Positions 25,770 to 38,200 of a DNA stretch of 64,000 nt are shown here, one piece after another; positions within the stretch are counted from its first letter, which is position 1; each line of letters opens with the position of its first letter. This DNA is from Takakia lepidozioides. Its lineage: Eukaryota > Plantae > Bryophyta. The position numbers and the translations under genes are program-made. The notes under the pieces were generated by a model. It ran no database searches, was not told the origin of the DNA, and was given only the letters and a program-made list of their open reading frames with translations. The DNA lies in assembly GCA_030704615.1 (NCBI GenBank), contig CM060733.1:35154001-35218000 (forward strand), given 5' to 3'.

Positions 25770-28290
25770 GCATTTTGATGCCAAACTGCCGAAATGAGAC
25801 GTGGTCTCTTGGACTGCAATAATTGCAGGATGTACTGAGCAAGGGCATGGTGAAGATGCATTTGAACTCTTTGGGCAATTGCCACAAGAAGTGTAGAGCC
25901 CGACAAGTTTCACTCTCATTGCATCCTCAAAAGGTGTGCCACAGCCCAGCAGCTTAGGGCAGGGCAAGGGGCTTCATGCCACATTGTCAACGCTGGATTT
26001 GAATCAGATGTTTATGTAGGAACTAGCCTTGTCCATATGTATTGCCAAGTGTGGGAGTTTTGGTGGATGCGCGAAGATATTGCATGTGCAAAGGTTTGAA
26101 GCCCAACCGCAACATTTTGTTTGTGTTTGCAATGCGTGTGCAAGCCTAGAGCTCTGGAAAGGGGAAAGAGGTCCATGGGTGACAACGTCAAAGCTGGATT
26201 TGTACCAGATGTCATCCTGAACACTGCCCTGGTGGACCATGTATGCCAAATGTGGGTGCATGAAGGATGCGAAGGGAGTTTTCAAATGGCTGAACAAAAT
26301 GTTATGTCGTGAACGCGATGCTTGCAGGGTATGCACACAGGGGCGTGGGATGGAGGCTTTGGAGACCTATGAGCAAATGATGGGGGAGGGGTGAAGCCCG
26401 ACCACATCACGTTGTTGCGTTTGTAATTCGTGTGCAAGCCTGGCACCCTGGTAAGGGCAAAGAGGTGCATGGTTGCATCGCCAAAGCTGGAACTGTACCA
26501 GGTGGTGATCCTGAACACTGCCTTGGTGGACATGTTGCCAAAATGTGGGAGCATTGAGGATGCAGAGGGAGTGTTCAACATATGGCTGAACGAGATTTGT
26601 TGTCGTGGAATGTGATGCTTGCAGGATCGATGCACGCAGGGCGTGGGATGGAGGACTTGGAGACCTATGGCAAAATGATGGGGGCAGGGGTGAAGCGCGA
26701 TCACATCACATTTTGTGTGCGTTTGCAGTGCTGTGCAAGCCTGGCAGCCCTGGAAAAGGGCAAAGAGGTGCATGGTTGCATTGCCAAAGCTAGAATTGTA
26801 AAGATGTGATTCTGAACAATCCCCTCGTGGACATGTATGCCAAATGTGGGAGCATTGAGGATGCGGAGGGAGTGTTTTCCAATATGGCTGAACGAGATTT
26901 GGGTGTCATGGAACGCCATGCTGTGCAGGGTATGCATAGCAGGGGCGCGGGATGGAGGCCTTGACCATACTATGAGCAAATGGTGGGGGAAGGGGTGAAA
27001 TGCAACCACATCACGTTGTGAGCGTTTGCAATGATGTGCAAGCCTGGCAAGCCCTGGAAAAGGGCAAAGAGGTCCATGATGGGGGAAGGGGGGAAGCCCG
27101 ACCACATCACGTTTGTGTGCATTTGTAATGCGTGTGCAAGGCACATTCATCTGTGTTTCAATGTTGGTGCCAGCATGGTGGCCCTGGAGAAGGCAAAGAA
27201 TCCATGCTGACATTATCAAACTGGAATTTCGTCATACCTTAATTGGAGACTCCCTTGTTAACATGCATATGCCACATATTGGAGTGTAAGGAGGCCTGTC
27301 TAGTGTTCAACAATATGGTGGCATGGATATACAAGCATGGTTGTGGTAGGAATGCCTTCGAGACATATGATCAACTGATACAGCAAGGGGTGATGCCCGA
27401 TCAGGTCACATTTGTTTTGCATTCTCAAGGCTGTGCGAACTGGCAGCCCTAGAAACGGCAAGAGGTCTATGCTGACATTGAAAGCTGGACTTGTACCAAT
27501 CTGATTTTGAACATAGCCTTGTTGACATGTATGCGAAATGCGGGAGCATGAAGGTTGCAAAGAGAGTTTTTGACACATGGCTGAACGGGATGTGGTGTCG
27601 TGGAATGCGATTCACAGGATATGCCCAACATGGTTGTGGGATGGAGGCTTTGGGGACCTATGAGCAAAGATGCGGAAGCATTCAACAGAATGCCTCAACA
27701 TCTTGATCACGTTGGAGTATAATTTGGCATGGGGGGATTTACTAAGCATGGTGTGGTAGGAATGCTTTTGAGACCTATGAGCAGTATTCGCGCAAAGGGT
27801 GAAGCCCAACCACATCAGATTTGTTTGTGTTTGCAATGCGTGTGCAAGCCTTGCAGCCTTGGAAAAGGGCAAAGAGATGCATGTTTGCATCGCCGAAGTT
27901 GGAATTGTACCAGATGTGATTCTGAACAATACCTCGTAACATGTATGCCAAATGTGGGAGCATCGATATGTGGAGGGAGTGTTCAACAATATGGGCTGAA
28001 CGAGATTTGGTGTCATGGAACGCCATGCTTTGTAGGATATGCATAGCAGGTGTGCGGGATGGAGGCATGGGGAAGGGGTGAAGCCCGACCACATCACGTT
28101 TGTATTGCGTTTTGCAATGCGTTGGCAAGCCTGGGCAGCCCTGGAAAAGGACAAAGAGGTTCATGGTGACATCATCAAAGCTGGATTGTACCAAATGTGA
28201 GTGCAATGAGGATGCAAGGGAGGATTGACAATATGGCTGAATGAAATGTGGGTGTCGTGGAATGCGATGATCGCGTATATGGTGTCTTGC
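25770..28290 (+). pseudogene. PLS-class pentatricopeptide repeat (PPR) gene, heavily frameshifted as assembled
   Basis: Recurring ~300-bp P-L-S units: NTALVDMYAKCGSIEDA.GVFN, ERD..SWN.M..G, E.LETYEQM...GVKPDHITF, CASLAALEKGKEVHG. No E/DYW domain recognised. Confidence 0.85.
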
Positions 28291-28986
28291 TTCATTCATT
28301 GATTTGTGTAGCCACTCAGACCATCCACCATTTCCTGATAGAGGGGTCCACCCGGCATAGGGAGGAAGTTACCCCAATTCCACTTGACTGAAGGGTGATT
28401 TTTGATTTTTGACTGATTCTGTGACAATGGAATGGAAATCAGAGTACTGTCCTAATTCTAGGTTTGGGTGGTGGAGCTTCACCAAAGCTTGAAGATGGAA
28501 GTGGATACGAATTTTAATGAGCTTGATGAGAGGGGCAGCCATGTGCACAAGTTTGTTCAGCATCTTAAATTTGGACATGTTTGTTTGTTTCTCGTGGTGT
28601 GGCTTTGGATGGAGCCCTTGATGACTTACATGAATATTGTCAAAAGCTACCCTTAACCCACCAAGATCCAATCCCCACTGTGGATGCTTGAAAGTTCATA
28701 TAGTGAATGTAAGGTTATTTGGGTCTGTTGATATTGATTGATGCGGCTTGTGAAAATTGAACATTGAAATGCCAGATCCGCCATTTTTTCTTCCAGGAAA
28801 ACACAAAACACGGGATCTCTTCATGTAACACAGTGGGCATGACCCACTCTTTTTTGTGAAAAATGAACGTAGTTTCTCAGATTTGTCGCTAGTAGTGCGG
28901 AGCAACACGAAGCCCTAGTATTAAAAGGATTGGATTGTGTGGAAGTGTTGAGGATTGTAGCTTGGTGTAGGATTTGGGCCGTGCTA

Positions 28987-29249
28987 ACCAAGGTGTAGCC
29001 CAGTGGTAATGGGCACATACCACCTCGGAAGTGGTTGTGGGTTCAACCCATCCTTGGTGTCACAAAGGTGTCCACCTTCCTAACGGAACGCACATACCCA
29101 CATCGGAAGTGGTTGTGGGTTCAACCCACCCTTGGAGTCACAAAGGTGTCCACCTTCCTAGCGGAATGCACATACCACACCTCGGAAGTGGTTGTGGTTC
29201 AACCCACCCTTGGTGTCACAAATTTGTCCACCTTCCTAGTGGAACGCAG
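28987..29249 (+). repeat. tRNA-like (Pol III A/B-box) head followed by ~3 tandem 77-78-bp units
   Basis: A-box TAGCCCAGTGG; B-box GGTTCAACCC in each unit; units start at 29013, 29090 and 29168. Confidence 0.7.
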
Positions 29250-29309
29250 TAACCCTTTGGGATGAAGATTAAATCAAGCCCTGATGAAAGATGTGCCATT
29301 AAGTTCTGC

Positions 29310-30104
29310 ACACCGCTCCGTTGATGGCACCCTAAAAAACTTAAACGACTGCCGTCAGGAATTTAAATTTCGATTGGTTGGGGCCCTCCAGCCGGTTGAC
29401 TTTATCAGGTGGTAGGGCAGATGGGAGCTGGACGCTTTGTTCTGCGTGGCGCACCAAAAACGGGCTCCCACTAAACACCCCAAAACAGCCCCCTTGAGTT
29501 CATTGGTAATGATTGACGTGGCCTCTTTTCCTTTGCGGAATTATCTACGACGGGGCTCAGGCAATAGTTTGGATTCAAGTAGGAATCCCTTTTTTTGCAA
29601 TCTTTGCCATGGTTTCAATTTTTTTTTCAGGGTAGTGAGTATGAAGGCAAGTAACAACATGACCAGAGGAATTTTGCTTCCCTCAAAAATTGGGACCATT
29701 TGGGGTAATTTGGGGGTCCCATAATAAAATGGCCATCTTTACCCCTTGTTTTCCCATACCAAGCAACCTTTGTGAACTTTTGGCATTTTCTCTAGATTTT
29801 TGGGTGGACATGTTGTAGGTGCCATACAATTAAAATCTGGGTAGCATGTATCAAAAGAAATTCTAAATGGTAGGGTCAAACAAAATTTTTCACTATGAAA
29901 ATGGAAAATGGTAGAAAATTTGGCCTAGCATTGTTTTCTAATTAGATGGTCAAATCTCCTGATATTTTTTACATGAGGTGTATGAAGTAGGTAGGATCAC
30001 TTTGGTACGGTTCATCCCGTCGGATGTGTGTCAAATGAGAGATATACCCTCAACCCCATGAGGGTATGTCTGGTTTTGGACAGGGCCCAGAAAAAGCAGG
30101 CTCG
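29310..30104 (+). repeat. Diverged copy of the dispersed repeat, without the SINE
   Basis: Collinear with 59747-60876 from cgttgatggcaccctaaaaaac to gggtatgtctggttttggacagggccc; single CACTA at the SINE site. Confidence 0.8.
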
Positions 30105-30216
30105 CTCGCGTGCAACTCCAGATTCAACAAGGGGCTCCGCCCACAAGAGGCTCTGTCCTTGCTGATTGTAGGGGTTGTTGTTTTATACTTTTTCCACGGT
30201 TTCATGAATCATTCCT

Positions 30217-30372
30217 ATCAACTCTCCATAGACTAGGCTTAATGGATGGATAGCCTAGTTCTCCTCCTAGGCAAGATGTTCCACCAATCCCTTGCGGGTC
30301 CCATCAACTCTCCATAGACTAGGCTTAATGGATGGATAGCCTAGTTTCGCCGCCTAGGCAAGTTGTTCCACA
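30217..30372. repeat. 86-bp tandem duplication containing a hairpin
   Basis: atcaactctccatagactaggcttaatggatggatagcctagtt at 30217 and 30303; internal inverted repeat ACTAGGCT/AGCCTAGT. Confidence 0.8.
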
Positions 30373-31003
30373 ATGCCTCGATCCCTTGCGGCCGGCGGGG
30401 ACAGCGCCAATAAATCTTCACACAATCGATGGAGGCCAAGTTCCTCGAAATTATGCAAGAGCCAAGTTCTCAAGTATCTGCATAGTGCAAAGCAGGGCTT
30501 TTTTTTTTCATTTTGGCTAAGAAGCGTAGATGGCTACAAAATTTGAAAGCTAAGTGCAAAGGTGGCGATGACATAGATGCTTAGCTAAAAATCAACTGGC
30601 TACAGGCTATTTCATTTGCATGCAATATGGCGATTTGAGCCCACTCACAATCTGAAATCTAAAATAATTAATCAAAGAAGTCCAAAGCCAGGTCGTGCTC
30701 CATGACGAGATCTCCACCGTTGATCGCGCATGGGGCGACAGCCGCTAGATGTAGGGCTGTGGGGAACGTGTATTTCTGGCGCAACACGCATATTCCCCTA
30801 GAGCTTCTGGCACCAGCCCGTGCGCGCGCCCCTATTTTCTGGCGCATTTTTTGTATTTTTTCCCAGGATTTTACATAGGGCTGTCGCAGCCCTTTGTTTT
30901 TTATCGCTTCTAGGCTCCATTTCGCCTAAAAAAAGAAGCGCTGGTGCAAAGCGACGATTGCCAAGACTTAGACCAACCGTGGCGCACCAAGGGGTTCAAA
31001 CCC

Positions 31004-31010
31004 TATAAAT
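31004..31010 (+). promoter_or_regulatory. Putative TATA box of the HAD-terpene cyclase gene
   Basis: TATAAAT about 80 bp upstream of ATG 31085, enclosed by a 9-bp inverted repeat GGGTTCAAA/TTTGAACCC. Confidence 0.4.
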
Positions 31011-31084
31011 TTTGAACCCGGTTTGAGATACTACTCAGCAGGAGGTCGGACCCATTCGATTGCACGCCGTGGCCTCCTTGAAGC

Positions 31085-32679
31085 ATGGGCAGTCTGAATA
31101 CCGAGCTTTTCCCCCATTTCTCAGCTGCAAGCAACAGTCCATTCAAAAGTGTATGCTTCGACATCGGCGGAGTTCTGCTGGTGCCCAACTTAGACAACAG
31201 TCCACGGCACGCCTCTGCACCCCGTTCGATTCAAGCGTATACTGCGCAGCCATTTTGGTTCCAATATATTGAGGGCAAGCTGGTCCTGGGCGGAAACCTT
31301 GCACGGTGTGTCCTCGACAACGGTTTCAATGCAGAAGATGTTCAAAACATTCGTCGACAGAGCGAGAGCTCTCTCCGTCCTGTTGTGCAAATTCTCCAAC
31401 TGGTAGATGCTCTAGCTTCTACGGGCAAGCTCAAATCTCTTCTGCATGACTAATGCTCTAGAGAAAGACTACGACTACCTCCTCGCGAGATGCCCAGATC
31501 TTTTCCAGAAGTTTGATAGAGTGTTCTATTCCGCTGCCGTTGGATTCGCAAACCAACTTCGGTTATTTCCAGCACGTTTTGCACGAGACGGGTTGCAAAG
31601 CATCAAGAAACATTTTCATCGACGACACACTACAGAATGTGGTTGCTGTGAGTCCTTGGGCTTCACTTTGTGTTCTTGTCGGATCGGAAGACGTCAAGGT
31701 GACGGTCAACCTTGTATTGTACCATCTTCGCACTGATGAAGAGAAGCTGTTAGCCGCTGCTGATTAATTTGTTGCGGAGGAGAGGATCAGTTGATAGATG
31801 TCCCCTCTCTTACGTCCGATGGCCTTCGAGTCCCACTTCCACTTCGACCACTTTGTGATGGCGGATCTTGCTAGAGGACCCAGACTTCCTTCCCATGCAT
31901 ACAGCTCCAGCAACCGTGACGTTTAACTTTTTCCCTCCAGAGGAAAGGCTGGTCCAAAGAGATGTTAAGACCAACGCGAAACGCGCGGCCACCCACAAAG
32001 CTTTCCCCAGATGATCTCGACACAACCGCAGTGGCGCTAGTTGCCTTGTACAAGTTCTCGAAAGTAGATTTTGAAACAAATCAACGCCGTATTGGACAAG
32101 ATGCTAGATATGAGGACCGAGGATGGCATTTTCCAGGCGTAACTTCGACCCCTCGCGTCCAAGGATAGATGCGGTCAGTCAGGCCAGCATCTTGTTATCT
32201 ATTTCACCTAGCAGGCCGACCCGCACCTGTGAAGAAGACCGAACAGTTTCTGTACAACTTGCTCAAGATCAGAGCATATTTGCGGGGGAGTAATACTATC
32301 CCCTGCCAGAGACTTTTGTGTCAGCTTGCTGGCCTTGCTCACCAGTTCAAGGAGCACTTCCAAAAGACAGGCTTTCTGGAACTACTGGGCAGCGGGTGAG
32401 CGAGCATGTTGGAATGCAAGGGGGCGCTCTTGCCCTGGCAATGAGACTGATAGCTTGCGAGTTGTGCGGCATCGGGAACACCAGCGATCGGAAGCAGCTG
32501 GCACGGTTGCAGAACGTGGGATGGTTCATGGATGTCTGTCCCTTCTATTCCTACAACGAGACCCCAAAAGCTGGTTCGGGAACGAGATCACGACAACTGC
32601 ATATGCCCTGGCTGCGCTCCGCAGTGGATATCACAACCCTAATTTGGGTGTTAAGACTGCATGCAATGGGACGTATTAA
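31085..32679 (+). CDS. HAD-like hydrolase / class II terpene cyclase fusion (AstC/DrtB/AncC-type drimenol or albicanol synthase-like), intronless; frameshifted as assembled
   Basis: HAD motif I FDIGGVLL; FDRVFYSAAVG; motif IV IFIDDTLQNV. Cyclase half: TFNFF, PDDLDTTAVAL (32010-32027), YLFHLAGR, RAYLRGS, ALALAMRLIAC, QW-like LARLQN-DGSW, WFGNEITTTAYALAAL, stop at 32679. Motifs are collinear across shifting frames with no intron. Confidence 0.85.
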
Positions 32680-35270
32680 CGGTAGACTCCTCGAGTTCTC
32701 GAGTTCATTCTCTTCGGATAGATTTGAGTTCCCAAATACACATATGAGGGTTGAATTCTTGGACGTGGTACTGCAACTAGTGGTTGGTTTGGAGTAGTAT
32801 TTTCATACGCAACTCATACGTTATTGTAGTATTGGGTATGTAGTACTTAGTAACAATTTTCATTTGTGAATCAATACCTAGACATGCAGAGAATACGCAA
32901 GGGTTTCTCCCCACTTATAAATTTTACAAGTTACGGACCAGCTTTCAAGGGACCAATGTTGCTGGATGATTGTGTCTAGATGGAATACTTATATTTTGGT
33001 GTTGGATGAATATATGTGCTTGTTACTGTTTGCTGCTTTTATTGTCAAGTTAAGAGAAAAAGTATGGGCAGTGGGTCATAGTAGTTACCGAAACAACATA
33101 TGGGCATTTCATAGAATGAGTGACATGTGGGTAGCAATACAGATTAATCTCTACTTTCTTTGCATGAAAATAAACAATGGAAGACTGACTGAGGATTCAA
33201 GGCTATAGTCTCAATTTGTATGGGATAGATTGATCCCAAATTGACAGGATTACAATTATATGATAGACACTATATTTGGAATAGCAACCTTAAAATAGCA
33301 ACCTTACTCTGAGATGATAAAGGGCAGGGCTAAGCATGTACCATGCATTGTTAAAAATGTCACAATTATCAAAGACACCTTGTCATATGGTCAGTGCCAC
33401 CCTTACTGTGACGAGCTCTCATGAGAGGCTGGTACCCAATCCGACTTGAAGCTGGATGTGCAGTGTGCATTCATCACCTCCATTTAAGCAATTGTACGCA
33501 TTCAACATCCCTTGATGTAGCCTTGCCGAGTAGCTACAGCACGAGAGAGGGGCACAAAAAGGAAACGAACCATACAAGAGTAGTCATCGTGCATGATGTG
33601 TCAACAACCATCTTCGCATCTGCACTGTGCAATTGAGTGCACGCACCCCACTTCCAAAAACACAAGAACATGTAATCAAATTAGCTGAACTTAAATGAAC
33701 TGGGAAGTTAAAACGTTCCTGTGACAGCAGCTCTTTTGAATAGTCTTCTTGAACTCTCCACATTCTTGCTTCTAAAAAATAAACTCGGAAGGCCTATACG
33801 CTCCTATACACTGCTTTTCATTACATCACAGGGGGCCGGAACTTATCTATAGGTCGATAATACGATGTTATGTCTGCTTCCCAAGTGGTTGAACCAAACT
33901 AGCTGGACATCCAATTCTTTCCGCATAATACAAGAAATCACCTAATGTTCTCGCTTTCTATATCCGAAAACCTCACGATTGATGTTTTTCTTGTGTCTTG
34001 CTTTCTATCTTCTTTGTTTGAAGTTGAAGCTGCTCTCTTTTGCAAAGCTCTGCCTTCATATTCATCATATCTTCATAGCAATCAGGTTTGAAACCCTTGC
34101 AGGCAGCCATTGGTATTGTACAGCTTCCTGCAATCTACCTTGACTGATCCTATTGGACTGGCTGTTGCTCCACATTCACGCCTTCCCTCTGCACAACATC
34201 CCTAAGAAGCAGAAGCTGAATATCAGAGAATCCCCATGAAGGCCGTGCCTTGGAGGTTGTTACACCATTCAAACCAACCACCGTCCCCCTATCTTTCTCA
34301 TTGGAAAATTAATAATTAAGACATACTTATCATTCAGTTAAAATCTTTGTTAAACTTGATCTCTGGGAAGTGGCCAGATTAATTAACCCCCAGGCTCTGT
34401 TTCCCTTTATTTAAAAAATAAAATTGACGATTTTCGCCAGGTGCTGATCCAAAGAGGTCCAATTTCATGAGGACACCTGTAACCCTCTTCTCTTTCTGAT
34501 TGAGGTGGTCCCGGGCCTCAGGAAATATCATTGTGAGGCAATTTTGCTTGGTCAAAAGCTCATTTTTCCTTCAAGATTTGCTTGGAGTTTTCAATCCACC
34601 ATGGTAATTTATTATAATCTCCCCCAAACGTGAGGTCCATTTCTTCCCACTTGCATGTAGTTAGGTAGCTTGCAGTTGGTAAGGTTCATTTTCTGGATGA
34701 ACTCCTGCTAGCAGATACGTCTGATCCATGAGGGTGGGGTCCATTTTTAAGGTGGCCCAACCAAAAACACTCCCGGCGCTTTAGGGGTTTAATATTTTTA
34801 ATACCCAGGCAGGGTTCCTCGCATATGCAAGATCTGACAGCCCGCTTTCTGAGCACTTAGGTGAGCCTCCTTTGTGGCTTTGGAGTTCCTCAGCTCGCTA
34901 TAGTTTCTGGTATGTCACACATAGACATTCAATTTTATTAGTTCAAGTGCACAGCCTGAGACGCGAAGCTGCAGGCATGAAGTTTTTGAGTAGATTCTAA
35001 TAGAGAGCTCAGTGGGTAGGTATCACGTTCTCACATAGATTTCATCTTAGCACAAGTCCAATCCATTTCTCAACATGACAGAACCGTGATAGAGACCCAA
35101 CTCCAAAATTTCAAAGAGCTGTTCGCTTGATTTACAAAATTGACTCTGCAATTAAAAGAACTGGTTCACACAAGTACCAGTCCGAGCTCCATTGGCACCT
35201 AACAGTAGGGATGACAAACTGGTTGGGATCGACAGACCGTGGCAAGTGTATACGGGAACAGTGATCAGAC

Positions 35271-38200
35271 ATGGGCAAACGTTGGGTTCACTCTTTGCGC
35301 TATTTTGGGACTCTGGTGTTTTGGCTGGTCTTCTGGATTATTCCTTCGCAATCAGAGAAAATCGGCTCAAAGGCCGGCCCCCACTTCCACCGGGTCGATT
35401 GGGGCTTCCCAGTCATTGGGGAGACACTTAGCTACCTCTCAGCGATGCGCATCTACAGACCCCAAGATTTCTTTCAGCACTGCCAATGAAGCCACTAGAT
35501 CATGCAGCTAGTTTAGATGCTTGACTAGACATACATGAACTCGAATGATGAAGGTCTTGTTGTATGCGGCTGAGCTATGTCTGAGAAACCGTGTACGGCA
35601 TGTTCTGCCACGAGCACTGATTCTGAGATTCGTGGTGCCCAATATTTTTTGCCAATTCTTTGGATCCACTTATCGATCATCCACGTAGTATGAGTGAGAT
35701 ACGGTGCTGAAACAATAGGTCAATTTCGAAGTCTCAACGTATATTTCAAGAGCTGTGATATGAGATTCTGCCAAATGATCTCATGGTTTCATCCGGTCGC
35801 AGGCTCGGGAGAAGAAATATGGAGTGGTGTTCAAAACCTCGCTAATGGGTGACAAGACTGTGTGCTTGCCCGCGCCTGCTGGAAACAAGTTCGTGTTTGC
35901 GAATGAGAACAAACTGGTTCGAAATTGCTGGGCACAGCTCATTTTCCATCCTTCTTGGGAAAGAAAGCTATACCTTGGGGACGCCCGACTCTTACAGGTA
36001 AATAATACTCTCTTTAATTGCTTTGAAATGGACAAACTTGTGAAGTGTTCAGAATAATAGCCCTGGACGTGCCTCAATGGCTCCAAAAGGGGGTTAATTT
36101 CACTCTCAATGGCCAGTGCCAGTGGCTTGGGTGTACTTGGAAAAAACAAATAGCCTGGAACACCTGCCAAAGCAAGTGAACGATTGCTTAAGAACTTCCT
36201 TGGAACTGTTACCTATTTCAACAGTGTTCATTATCTCGAATTTGCACATGTCTTGTACACACCACATGGCGGCGTGTGGTATGATGATCACTGCTCTACT
36301 TAGACAAGTTAGACTGGCATGCAGGAAGTCAACAACTTCATACACAACAGGCTGTGCTCGACCTTGCCAATATTGCGAGACAATATGACCCACAATAAGA
36401 ATTCCTGAAAGTTAGACTCACAGGTGATCGCAATGCTGCTACTTTGAACTAATCTCAACTGTGGGGATATTGCACAGACGCAACCGCCGCATCATCATTA
36501 CTTCCTCACTCCCTGAATCGATCCAGAGCTTTGTGTCCAAGAATGGAGGTATTTGCAGCTGCCCACATATCCACATTTGGGAGAATAAAGACCAAGTGAC
36601 AGGATCTGAGTGCATTAAACGATTTTGCATTTGTTTCGGCATGCGATCTCTTCTTGAGCTTAAAGGAGGCCCTGAACTCAACAATCTTTTGGATGCATTC
36701 ATTACTTTTTGGTGGATGGCCTTATGGACTTTCCCTTTGTTCCCGGGCACTCGTTTTCTTTTCTGGAAAGCTAAACGCGCTCGTAAGATCCTCCTCAGTG
36801 CCTGAGCGCCATCATGACAAGAAGGCGCCAGGTAACAAGAGAACCTCAAGTGGAATCCACATATAATTTCCCGCTTGCTACATATTGCAACTCAACCTCA
36901 TTAGTTGGATGACCGATTTATATGAGATCTTGGCAACACATGGCAGTCAGGGGTGAATTTAGACTTCCGAAGATTAACTTAGTTGCTGAAGACCCTGCTG
37001 GATATTTATTACCTTGGTTCTTTCAAGAGATCAGTGATTGTTCTTGAAAGTATTGTTATCACCATGGATGATCTGTACCGGGCAGGAACTCGAAGACAAA
37101 CTTGCATCGCCACCTCAAGACCTTCTGTCAGTGCTCCTGACGACGCCGGACGAGAATGGACAGTTCCTTCACCGAGACTGCCATCCTAGACAAACTCGTC
37201 GTCCTCATGTTTGCTGGCCCACGAGACCACTGCCGCCTCCTTTCCTTGACGTTTGCGCCTCTTGGCTGATAATCCGACCTGCTTGAACGAGGTTTGAAAG
37301 GTAGCCTTCATCTCATGCCACATTGTCCCAAGTACCTTTCCTATGAATCATTGATATTAGTAAGAGGTAAAGCTGCCCGAGGACTTTCCTGGATTTTCGA
37401 ACCCCTGCCCTCGGACAGGCGCCTCAAATCAGGAAAGTCCAAGGCGAGGGCTTTACCTCTTACGTAAAAAACGAAGTTGCCCGTTTTCGATACTGCCCGT
37501 TTCTCCTCTCGGCGTTGCACCAGGGTTTCATCGTCACGTACTACAACAATCGCTGCCCAAGTTTGAAAATCGTCTGCCCTATATTAAGAATAATAATCCA
37601 TAAAATATGGGGGACGATTCCATAATCTGAGATTACAGCCCCGTCCCGGGGCAAAACCTGTAATCACGTGCCAGGGAAAATTCCTGTCAGGGAAGCCCTA
37701 ATTTTAACAAAGCCAAAAATCTGAAGGCTTTTACGACAAGCAAATTGATTAGAAAGATGAGAAGTATACTGAAAAAGCTCACCTCCAACTATAGAATCTT
37801 GACGCTTTCGATGGTGCTTACAGGCTGAGCTCAGTCTCAATACAGAATCATGAAGTCTCTAGTATACAGCGAACTCTCATAATATAAGCTTAGTTAAGAA
37901 AGAAGTGAAACAAGTTACTCTAGCTATCATCATCATCTCTCTTCACTTTCTACTCGGCTTACGACTTGCTTCAGCAGGAGTTGACCTTCGTCTTCTCTTT
38001 CTCTGAAGTCAGTTCTGCCTTGAGTAAGCATCTGCAGTATGGATTGATAACTCCAACCAGGCTAAGTCTGTAGAATCCATGCAAGTGGGGTGCTTAAGGA
38101 GTGCATGTCAGCATGTTCCAAAACAGCTAATGTGGCTGTTTCGGGTGAGTTTGGCATCCCTCCCCTCCCTTAAGCATTCAAGGTCAGATGGTGGGGTCAG

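Noticed and set aside
28369-28671. LINE reverse-transcriptase remnant on the minus strand (DL...AFD-like)
   Set aside because: One weak motif only; not supportable without a profile search.
28987-29059. tRNA-Pro(CGG) gene
   Set aside because: Arm spacing is non-canonical (4-nt linkers, 1-nt variable region, short T-loop) and it is part of a tandem repeat.
29013-29249. CRISPR array
   Set aside because: Whole units repeat with no unique spacers, there are no cas genes, and the context is eukaryotic.
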